Shown in pieces: positions 37,991 to 44,751 of a stretch of DNA of 64,000 nucleotides. Position 1 is the first letter of the stretch. Every line of letters starts with the position of its first letter. The translations under genes were made by a program, and so were the position numbers. Under the pieces are notes generated by a model that searched no databases, was not told the DNA's origin, and was given only the letters and a program-made list of their open reading frames with translations. Origin of the DNA: a virus. The stretch covers positions 23,741-87,740 of the IMG/VR virus record IMGVR_UViG_3300027722_000005; one strand, written 5' to 3'.

Positions 37991-38055
37991 CGTTCGGTCC
38001 CCTTTCCTGTGTGTACTTGGCCTGGGTAGGCCAGTATCCTCAGCGGATCGTCACA

Positions 38056-38292
38056 CTAGGGGGTCAGTTCTTCGGGCCAGCCGTCCACGTTCTCGGTGTT
38101 CCAGCGGATGTCGGCGGCGCTTTCGCCCTCGTTGAACCAGCCGCGGAATTCGACGCCGGAGTCCTCCTTGGCCTCAATCAGCCGGTCGGGATAGCCGTGG
38201 CTGTCCCGGCGGATGCGGATCACCTTGGCGTATTTCAGCCCGGACTCCTTCTTAATCATCTTGCGGTCCATCTTGCTCAACATGTCGTTCAT
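38056..38292 (-). CDS. Hypothetical protein
   Basis: 78-aa ORF with RBS. Confidence 0.6.
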   Translation of the reverse strand: MNDMLSKMDRKMIKKESGLKYAKVIRIRRDSHGYPDRLIEAKEDSGVEFRGWFNEGESAADIRWNTENVDGWPEELTP

Positions 38293-38304
38293 TTCTCTAA
38301 CCTT

Positions 38305-38380
38305 CCCTGAATTTCGGCTTGCGCCGATTCCTCATTCGGAATTCGTCAGGGCACCCCCACCAAGGTGGGGAGTATTCAGT
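38305..38380 (-). ncRNA. Hammerhead-like structured RNA (non-canonical)
   Basis: CUGAAU/AUUCAG stem III, CUGACGA, GAAA; extra bases and an extra hairpin. Confidence 0.35.
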
Positions 38381-38381
38381 T

Positions 38382-38966
38382 TTAGGCGGGCAGCCAGTCC
38401 CAATCGGCCAGTTCGGCGCACACAGCCTGGTAGTCATCCTCCAGGCTGGACAGCAGGCGCTCGTACTCCTCGCCGTTCACGCCGTCCACGTCGATCTTGT
38501 GGTCGTGCACGTCGCCCATCTCCACTTCGACGGTTGCGCCGGGGTTGGCCTTGACCATGCCGTCCGCGAGGGCCTGGGCGTAGCGGGCCGTCAGGTCAGC
38601 GTTGTCGTGCTCGATGCATTCGTCAACGTCGTACTCGCCCGTTTCGGGGTCCAGGCCGTGGCCCATGTAGCGCGAGCTGGTGCCGTTGCCGGCGATTTCC
38701 TCGTGGATCTCGCGGGCGCGGTCCTTGTAGTCTCCGAACCAGTCGATGATGTCCTGCTTGTTGATCTTGACCGTGATTTCCATTTTCTGATCTCCTTTCG
38801 TGACAGCCTGTCCGCTTTCGTCCGTTGCCGCTTCGGGCCGCACTTCGGCCCCGCACCAGCAGTACACGTGCCAGCGCCCCAGGGAGCGCCGCGCTTCTGC
38901 CGTGTCCCGCACCATGTTGGGTGCCCCGCACTTGGGGCATTGGAATGTGAGGACCGTGATGGTCAT
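38382..38966 (-). CDS. Zinc-ribbon N-terminus plus highly acidic domain (likely second start at 38783)
   Basis: CPKC...CWC; internal GAAAGGAG RBS and ATG at 38783. Confidence 0.65.
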   Translation of the reverse strand: MTITVLTFQCPKCGAPNMVRDTAEARRSLGRWHVYCWCGAEVRPEAATDESGQAVTKGDQKMEITVKINKQDIIDWFGDYKDRAREIHEEIAGNGTSSRYMGHGLDPETGEYDVDECIEHDNADLTARYAQALADGMVKANPGATVEVEMGDVHDHKIDVDGVNGEEYERLLSSLEDDYQAVCAELADWDWLPA

Positions 38967-39010
38967 CGTTCTTGCTCCTTTCGCTCTTGGGCATCCCGCC
39001 CAATGTCTAG

Positions 39011-39039
39011 ATTATATCATACAGTTGGCGGCCCGTCAA
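39011..39039 (-). promoter_or_regulatory. Strong sigma70 promoter
   Basis: TTGACG-17-TATAAT with TG extension. Confidence 0.85.
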
Positions 39040-39085
39040 GTTAAACTTTCGCAACCTAACGGGCCGCCGTGATAGCAGGGCTGGA

Positions 39086-39472
39086 TCAGGCCGTCGCCAT
39101 GACCAGCTCGGTCAGTGCGCTTTCGATGCGCTGGAAGTCGCCCACCTTGCCCCAGTCGATAGGGCCATGCAGCGCCAGGTGTAGCGCCCGGTCATTTACC
39201 CGTTCGTCGAGCACCCGTAGCAAGTGCTGGCTGTTGGTCACGGTGCTGTAGAACGCTGCCCGGGGCTCATAGTTGCAGTTCTGGTAAGCCTCAACGGTCG
39301 GGGCCGATTTCGCCTTGGCGAGTGCATCCCGCGTTTCCGCGATGGCTCCCGTCAAGTCCTCGATGACCACAGCGCCGTCTTTTTCGCTGACGTGCCGCAA
39401 GATGGTCGTCATGGCCGCGTGCATGGCAAAGAGTGCGACTTCTGCCGCGCCAATGAGTTCGGTTTGTTCCAT
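39086..39472 (-). CDS. Hypothetical protein
   Basis: 128-aa ORF; C-terminal IDWGKVGD motif. Confidence 0.65.
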   Translation of the reverse strand: MEQTELIGAAEVALFAMHAAMTTILRHVSEKDGAVVIEDLTGAIAETRDALAKAKSAPTVEAYQNCNYEPRAAFYSTVTNSQHLLRVLDERVNDRALHLALHGPIDWGKVGDFQRIESALTELVMATA

Positions 39473-39643
39473 CGTCCTTGTCCTTTCTGTTTTTTTTTCT
39501 GAAAAAGCTCAGCCCGCCCGTGCCCGTCCTGTTATGGAGACTCAATCTGCTCCACCGCCGCGCCCGCGATGCGCCCAAGAGCTGCCGGGCCTTTCGCCTG
39601 CTTGGTGGCCGTCCGGTGCCGGAGTTGAACCGGCAGGGGGGGG

Positions 39644-39871
39644 TTACGTCGGGTCCGAGATGTACGTCACGTCGCAGCGATAGCAGCGGTACGTGCTCAG
39701 GCGCTGCTCAACGCCGGCCTCGTTGCGGTACGGCTTGGTGAGGGCCGCCGCGAATTGCCCGCAACCGTGGCGGGTCGTGACCGGAGTACCGACAGAAAAG
39801 CCCGCATCTTGGGGGTGCGAGCACTCGGTCACGGTTCGCTGGCCGTTCGGATAGCTGATCATCTTGCCCAT
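39644..39871 (-). CDS. Small Cys-containing protein
   Basis: GAAAGGAG RBS; HGC...CYRC. Confidence 0.6.
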   Translation of the reverse strand: MGKMISYPNGQRTVTECSHPQDAGFSVGTPVTTRHGCGQFAAALTKPYRNEAGVEQRLSTYRCYRCDVTYISDPT

Positions 39872-39975
39872 CGTTCGTTTCTCCTTTCAGTCTCACGGGT
39901 TCCCCCTTGCCCGCGTTCTCAGTGGCCAAGGGGCAGCCCGCGAGGGCTGCGTGAGGTGCGTGCGCACCGTTGCGC

Positions 39976-40398
39976 TTAGTCCCAGCCGGCCGCTTGGTAG
40001 GCCGGGGAGTCGTCAACGATCTGCATGGCGAGCAGTTTGGAAGCCTCGTCCATCAGCTTGTAAAGGTCGGTCTTCGGCACGTTCCCTTCGCTGCACTGAT
40101 ACAGCCAGCAGCGCAGGGACTTGTAGGCCGACACGGGCAGCGGGGCCGGCGTGGGGCAGTAGGTGAAGTTCAGCGGTCGGAACTGTTCGGCAGAGTCGGG
40201 GTAACGGGCGTTAACCGCCTCGACATTCAGGGCAAACATGGCGGATGCCAGCCGTTCGCGGTCCTCGCGCTTGTCCAGGTCATAGCCCGCTTCTGTGATA
40301 CCGCGTGCGGGCCAGTAGAAACGGTCGCCCAGCAGCTTTGTGTAGAAAAAATCCACGATCCGATTGATGGTCTTGTCTTCGACTACATAGGCGCTCAT
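39976..40398 (-). CDS. Hypothetical mobile-element protein
   Basis: MSAYVV...LNVEAVNARY...CWLYQCSEG. Confidence 0.75.
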   Translation of the reverse strand: MSAYVVEDKTINRIVDFFYTKLLGDRFYWPARGITEAGYDLDKREDRERLASAMFALNVEAVNARYPDSAEQFRPLNFTYCPTPAPLPVSAYKSLRCWLYQCSEGNVPKTDLYKLMDEASKLLAMQIVDDSPAYQAAGWD

Positions 40399-40446
40399 CG
40401 TACAATCCTTTCTGCCCGGTACAAAGCCCCGGGCTGGGCGTTTCGT

Positions 40447-40505
40447 CTCTCATTCAGGCCGGCCCGATTTGCCGGCGACTAGGCGACGGTGCGCCTAGTT
40501 TCGAG
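40447..40505 (-). ncRNA. Type II hammerhead ribozyme, core variant CUGAAUGA
   Basis: CUC-GAAA-CUAGGCG/CGCCUAG-UC-GCCGGC/GCCGGC-CUGAAUGA-GAG; GUC triplet. Confidence 0.75.
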
Positions 40506-40508
40506 TGC

Positions 40509-40733
40509 TTAGTAGTCGTATCCGCAATCGGTGCCGAAACGGTCCATGGACTGCTCGGCGCGCAAGTCGTTTGCTCCCTGTCGGCCGCACGTCTCGCAAA
40601 CGGCGGCTTTGGTCTTGGGATAGTAGAAGATACGGTCGCCCTTGCGGATTTGCTTGCCACAAGTGCAAGTGCTGGCAAACCGGGCGGCCAGCCAATACGG
40701 ATCAGCGTTCCCATAGCGGCGGTTGCGATACAT
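40509..40733 (-). CDS. Small zinc-finger protein
   Basis: CTCGKQIRKGD...CETC; GAAAGGAG RBS. Confidence 0.7.
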   Translation of the reverse strand: MYRNRRYGNADPYWLAARFASTCTCGKQIRKGDRIFYYPKTKAAVCETCGRQGANDLRAEQSMDRFGTDCGYDY

Positions 40734-40749
40734 GGTCAAGGCTCCTTTC

Positions 40750-40956
40750 CTAGTACGCCACAACGGCGAGTCGCACGTCAGCGAACGGGCCAACGTGGAA
40801 GAACGCGCCGGCGTGGGTTTCGTTATAGTGCCGATAGTGGTACAGCTTCCCGCCCAGTGGCCAGCGGCCGCTCTTGGTGAGAGAGTACCGTTCCCTGAAC
40901 ACAGTAAATCGCACGGTTACATACCTGCCGCGGATGCGGAAATTCCAATTTTTCAT
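40750..40956 (-). CDS. Small basic hypothetical protein
   Basis: GAAAGGA RBS. Confidence 0.55.
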   Translation of the reverse strand: MKNWNFRIRGRYVTVRFTVFRERYSLTKSGRWPLGGKLYHYRHYNETHAGAFFHVGPFADVRLAVVAY

Positions 40957-40970
40957 CGTTCTTTCCTTTC

Positions 40971-41108
40971 CTAATACTTGGGCGCCGCCAGAAGCAGCGC
41001 CAGCCACAAAACGAGAATCCCCAGCAGCGCCAGCGCAATCACTGGCGCGCCAGTCGAGATAGACGCGAGCGAGGAGACAAAGGCGGGCAGGTCGAGCAAG
41101 AGATCCAT
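40971..41108 (-). CDS. Small membrane peptide (45 aa)
   Basis: GAAGGAG RBS; hydrophobic C-terminal half. Confidence 0.5.
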   Translation of the reverse strand: MDLLLDLPAFVSSLASISTGAPVIALALLGILVLWLALLLAAPKY

Positions 41109-41109
41109 G

Positions 41110-41322
41110 TTAACTCCTTCCCAGCATCCGTTCGGCCTCTTTCGGCCCGAACGTGGTCATATACTCTGTATGGCCGTTAAACGTCTTGCTCTTGGCGGTC
41201 AACGGCACGCCAGAGAAGAGGGTTAGCGTCGCGCTATCCGTGCAATGCGTGTCAATCCCCTTGGCGCGGTAGTGCTCCTGCAACAATCCTTTCAGCTTGC
41301 GCGCGTAGTTGGCTTTTGTCAT
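41110..41322 (-). CDS. Hypothetical protein
   Basis: GGAGGAG RBS. Confidence 0.6.
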   Translation of the reverse strand: MTKANYARKLKGLLQEHYRAKGIDTHCTDSATLTLFSGVPLTAKSKTFNGHTEYMTTFGPKEAERMLGRS

Positions 41323-41325
41323 CGG

Positions 41326-41565
41326 TTAGGCTCCTCCCCACCTGTGATTGCGGGGCAGCGTATCGGGCGCATCGCACGCATCGCGCGAGTTGGGGAAAGT
41401 CGCTGTACGCTGCTCGTACTGCTCCCATCCGGCCGTTTGCGTCGCGCGTTGGTGCCAGATGCGCGCGCACTGCTCGGCGTGTTGCTGTGCAGCGGTGCGT
41501 ACCATGCACTGCCAGTTGTGGCGGGGCGACTTGCGGTCATACACTACAAAGGCCAGTTCTGACAT
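41326..41565 (-). CDS. Hypothetical protein
   Basis: GAGGAG RBS just downstream of the twister. Confidence 0.6.
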   Translation of the reverse strand: MSELAFVVYDRKSPRHNWQCMVRTAAQQHAEQCARIWHQRATQTAGWEQYEQRTATFPNSRDACDAPDTLPRNHRWGGA

Positions 41566-41588
41566 TGTACTCTCCTCTTTCGGCTGAT

Positions 41589-41640
41589 TGTACCCTCTGC
41601 GTCTTCCGCCGGGCTTGGGACCGGCTTGCCGCATTATGCC
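41589..41640 (-). ncRNA. Twister ribozyme (P1 type)
   Basis: UAA-UGCG-GC-AA-GCCGGUCCCAAGCCCGG-...-CGCA-GAGGG; P2, P4 and both pseudoknots present; P1 weak. Confidence 0.85.
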
Positions 41641-41733
41641 CGCGGGCCAGGCGGGCTATTCTGTTTTCGTGAGAATTGGCTTTAACGGTGCTTCATGGTA
41701 TTAATCCTTTCGTTAGCAAGAGTTTGTGGGGTG

Positions 41734-42084
41734 CTACTTAATGAGTGAGTGCGTTACCTCGCTTCCGTTCCAGCGATGCACCGTGATCGGGGTGCCGCTA
41801 TCCAGAAAACCGCGCAGAAGGTCTTTCGTGCAAGCGTGGTATCCAATGCCCTCGCAAGAGGACAAGCAACCGCCGGTCTTGGTTTCGGTGCTCCAGGTGC
41901 CGTTGACTGCGATGTGAATCATCGTTGCATCTTGCCCGTAGCGCAAGCCCTTTGTGTACTGCTCGCTGGCCAGATCACGGACAACGTTCGGGGTGTACCC
42001 GTCAAACGGGGTGTCAAACTGCTCCCATGCCAGGTAGGTTTCGGGGGACAATGCGCGCAATTCAGCATAACCGCTGTATCCCAT
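41734..42084 (-). CDS. Hypothetical protein
   Basis: AAGGAG RBS; 116 aa. Confidence 0.65.
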   Translation of the reverse strand: MGYSGYAELRALSPETYLAWEQFDTPFDGYTPNVVRDLASEQYTKGLRYGQDATMIHIAVNGTWSTETKTGGCLSSCEGIGYHACTKDLLRGFLDSGTPITVHRWNGSEVTHSLIK

Positions 42085-42108
42085 CGTTCGCTCCTTTTTT
42101 TCAGAATT

Positions 42109-42210
42109 TTTGCTTGTGTACTCCTGCCCGCCGATAATGGAGTCGAACCATTAATCGACGCCCAACCCGGGCAGCGGGCAGCAGCGCACAAGCAAGTGTG
42201 AGCTGCTGTA
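42109..42210 (-). ncRNA. T-loop three-way-junction RNA
   Basis: UUGCUUGUG/CACAAGCAA, CUGCCCGC/GCGGGCAG, T-arm AAUGG-UUCGACU-CCAUU. Confidence 0.5.
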
Positions 42211-42213
42211 GTT

Positions 42214-42489
42214 CTAGCGCACCGCAACGCGCGCATAATCGTGATACTCAGCGTGGTGATTGTCCAACCGGCTCGGCTGCTCGCCCGTGCCCCGTGCCCA
42301 CTGTGCCCAGCGGTTTGCATCCTCTTGGATCTTGTAAGCATACTCGCACGCATCGGTAAGACTCGTGAATCGGGCGATTGTCTTACCCTCAGTGCTTGTC
42401 TTGGGCGTCTCGTGCGGCTCGGCGTAGAAAACCACAACGTCAAACCACTTCTTTTTGCTGCTCAGTCCGATATAGTTGCTGAATTCCAT
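42214..42489 (-). CDS. Hypothetical protein (first gene of the leftward cluster)
   Basis: GAAAGGA RBS; 91 aa. Confidence 0.65.
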   Translation of the reverse strand: MEFSNYIGLSSKKKWFDVVVFYAEPHETPKTSTEGKTIARFTSLTDACEYAYKIQEDANRWAQWARGTGEQPSRLDNHHAEYHDYARVAVR

Positions 42490-42521
42490 TGTCGGTATCC
42501 TTTCGTTTCAGTTTTTTTCAG

Positions 42522-42577
42522 AAAAAAAACCGCCGTGCCGGGCTTGCACCGGGCAGCAGGCTTAATCCTCGGCGGTT
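42522..42577 (-). ncRNA. Three-way junction with UGCAAGC loop followed by a U tract (attenuator-like)
   Basis: AACCGCCG/CGGCGGUU closing stem; CGG-UGCAAGC-CCG hairpin. Confidence 0.45.
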
Positions 42578-42856
42578 ACAGTATTCTATTGTACCCATGC
42601 CATGGGCTTTTTTGAATGAAGTTGTCCTGGTTAACCCAGTCGCCTTAATTCGCTTGAATCCCATTAACCTGGCGCTCAAACCAAACTGGCAAACGTTCGG
42701 CGGCCAATGCGGCGCTTTGCGGATTCGCTTTTCGGGCTGTATTGAACCGCTTTCTCGCTTGCACTTGCTCTATGGCCTGGACTGTTGCCGTGGCTTACCT
42801 TTGGCCTTGCTACTCTTGGCGGTTCTGTTGTTAGGGTTCCTTTGTTCTATGGCTGG

Positions 42857-42922
42857 ATTGTATCACATAGCCCAACAGACATCCTGACATCTAGCTGACA
42901 GCAATCTGACAGTAACCTGACA
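42857..42922 (-). promoter_or_regulatory. Extended -10 promoter with four TGTCAG repeats at 11-bp period
   Basis: CTGACA at 42884, 42895, 42906, 42917 on plus; minus TGnTACAAT at 42865-42857. Confidence 0.7.
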
Positions 42923-43700
42923 CGCTATGATAATCATCATAACAATACATGACTAGGGATGAGTGACCTACCCCATCATAGATAGATACTCAGCCTACAG
43001 ACGCAGGTGCTACTACTACTATTGCGTTCTAGGAACCGGCCAGGATGGGCATTATTCAGGTGCGTGAGTAGTAGTAGTAGCGGAGTCGAGCCACCGTCGA
43101 TACGGGAACCGGGGAGCCGATAGATCAGGGGAGCTGGCACCGTCGATACCTCGATAACCTGGGGCTGTTGCAGCCATTGCCAGTCTGGCCAGCGCAAGCA
43201 CACAAGCATAACAGTCTAAGGTATCGAGCATGGCGACAAGCTGACATAACTACAGTACATGGGTGAGTAGGGTGGGGGGGGATGTATGTAGTATGATTAT
43301 GTGTAGTGGGGAGATGGGGAGTAGGGACAATGGGGAGTAGGGGAGTAGGGTATCATCTGTCGCCCCTCAACACGCGGCCCATCATGCCCGAACAGGTGTG
43401 CTACATACTACCATGCTCGTGCTCACTCTGCTGCTACGTGTCATAGATGGGTCTAATCATAATTAAACACACCTATCATGTAGTATATATGTGTAGAATC
43501 ATAGCGAACTACAATGAATAATATCATGCTATCATGCTACTCTGCTCTATCGATGCGAGCCCATGGATCGTGCCACTGGCCAGCGCATCGCGCAGCGTCG
43601 AGCCGGCAGAACCGGAGAAATTTCTAGGCCGGGCCTGGGGAGTGGGCGGCACTCCCCCAGGTTTTCCATACGCGGTGAAAGTGTATTCTTATGTCAAACG
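42923..43700. other. Low-complexity non-coding tract, possible genome terminus or packaging region
   Basis: Lower GC, TAC/GTA runs, G-tracts, inverted repeat near 43634-43661; transcription diverges from it. Confidence 0.5.
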
Positions 43701-43715
43701 AAAGGAGAATGACAG

Positions 43716-43934
43716 ATGGAGAAGTTACTTACCGTAGGGGTGATAGTTTTCGTGTCGCTCCTATTGGCCCTTATCTTCGCGGGCGTCTACAGCATCGTGG
43801 GCGCCCTCCTGGATACTGGAGATTCCCTGCCCGCTGCCCACTGGACGCCCGTCGAACCGCCGCATCCCGGGCTGTCGTGTTGGGCATTGGGAACAACGGG
43901 CGTGTACTGTGAGCCTGCTACACCTTCCCCGTGA
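43716..43934 (+). CDS. Small membrane protein
   Basis: GAAAGGAG RBS; N-terminal TM. Confidence 0.6.
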   Translation: MEKLLTVGVIVFVSLLLALIFAGVYSIVGALLDTGDSLPAAHWTPVEPPHPGLSCWALGTTGVYCEPATPSP

Positions 43935-44211
43935 GCGTAGCGCCCTGGATCTCGATGCTGATCTCTTCGCCGTCGAGCCTGAAACTGCCGCCATGTGGCC
44001 TGAGTAGTGCATGGGCGGCATGAATAGCGCGGTCGATGCCGTCTTGCAGGCCGTCATCATACCCCCGGGTGTAGAGATCCCTGCGTTTCGACGGCTTGGG
44101 GCGCTTGTACTGGCGGTAGTAGCAGGGAACGCAAAGACCGCTGCCCTTGTGGGGATGCTCTGGGCTGTGGCAATTCTGGCATTCATCGTAGTCTATGGCC
44201 CAGCGTTTCAT
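43918..44211 (-). CDS. Zinc-finger protein in a counter-oriented moron
   Basis: CQNC...GLCVPCY; own TTGACA-17-TATCAT promoter at 44295-44267. Confidence 0.65.
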   Translation of the reverse strand: MKRWAIDYDECQNCHSPEHPHKGSGLCVPCYYRQYKRPKPSKRRDLYTRGYDDGLQDGIDRAIHAAHALLRPHGGSFRLDGEEISIEIQGATLTGKV

Positions 44212-44310
44212 AGTAGCACTCCTGAAAGTAGGTTGTAGCACAACTCCCGAAGGTTGTGCAGCAACCATGATACCATAGACCGTTAGGCATGTCAAGAATG
44301 AAAGGGGAGA

Positions 44311-44511
44311 GTGATGGGCTGGGCAAGAACAATTTACGACGACGATGGCATTGCGGTGCAGGTGGGCTCCTCCGACTGGCGCTACTGCCTGATCCGCATC
44401 ATGGACGGCGAATACACGATTCGACTGACCGCGGGGCAAGCGCGGCGGCTGATTCCCGTCCTGGAGAAAGCGGCGGCGGAGTGCGAAGAGGAAAATAAAA
44501 AGCACGGATGA
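44311..44511 (+). CDS. Hypothetical protein
   Basis: GAAAGGGG RBS. Confidence 0.6.
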   Translation: MMGWARTIYDDDGIAVQVGSSDWRYCLIRIMDGEYTIRLTAGQARRLIPVLEKAAAECEEENKKHG

Positions 44512-44523
44512 AAGGGGAGGAAA

Positions 44524-44751
44524 ATGTCAGTAAAGGAGATTGTCGAAAAAAGGCTGTACTGCGATGTGTGCGGCACATGGATTCCGGGCAAGGTTGCCAG
44601 GGTCGTGCAAATCAACGGGCGCGACTATGATCTTGACGACGACTGCGAGGCGAACGTTCTCGAAATCTTGCGCTTCCTGAAACTCGAAGTCGGACTGGAC
44701 GTGGAATACTCCGTTCGCGGCCTGGTGGTGCGCATCGGGGATGAGCCATGA
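44524..44751 (+). CDS. Small zinc-binding protein (Lsr2 N-terminus-like pattern)
   Basis: YCDVCG...INGRDYDLDDDC. Confidence 0.6.
   Translation: MSVKEIVEKRLYCDVCGTWIPGKVARVVQINGRDYDLDDDCEANVLEILRFLKLEVGLDVEYSVRGLVVRIGDEP

Noticed and set aside
38005-38055. Hammerhead suggested by CUGAGGA
   Set aside because: No GAAA abutting stem II and no stem III/NUH; kept only as a generic folded spacer
39615-42160. Additional tRNA genes suggested by T-loops GGTTCAACTCC and GGTTCGACTCC
   Set aside because: No cloverleaf: anticodon arm and correctly placed D arm are absent
42522-42577. Twister-sister ribozyme
   Set aside because: Has a similar P4 loop but lacks the internal loop with GCUCA that carries the cleavage site
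42489-43209. ORFs 42489-42887 (+) and 42976-43209 (-)
   Set aside because: Low-complexity translations, no RBS, and they overlap promoter and repeat elements
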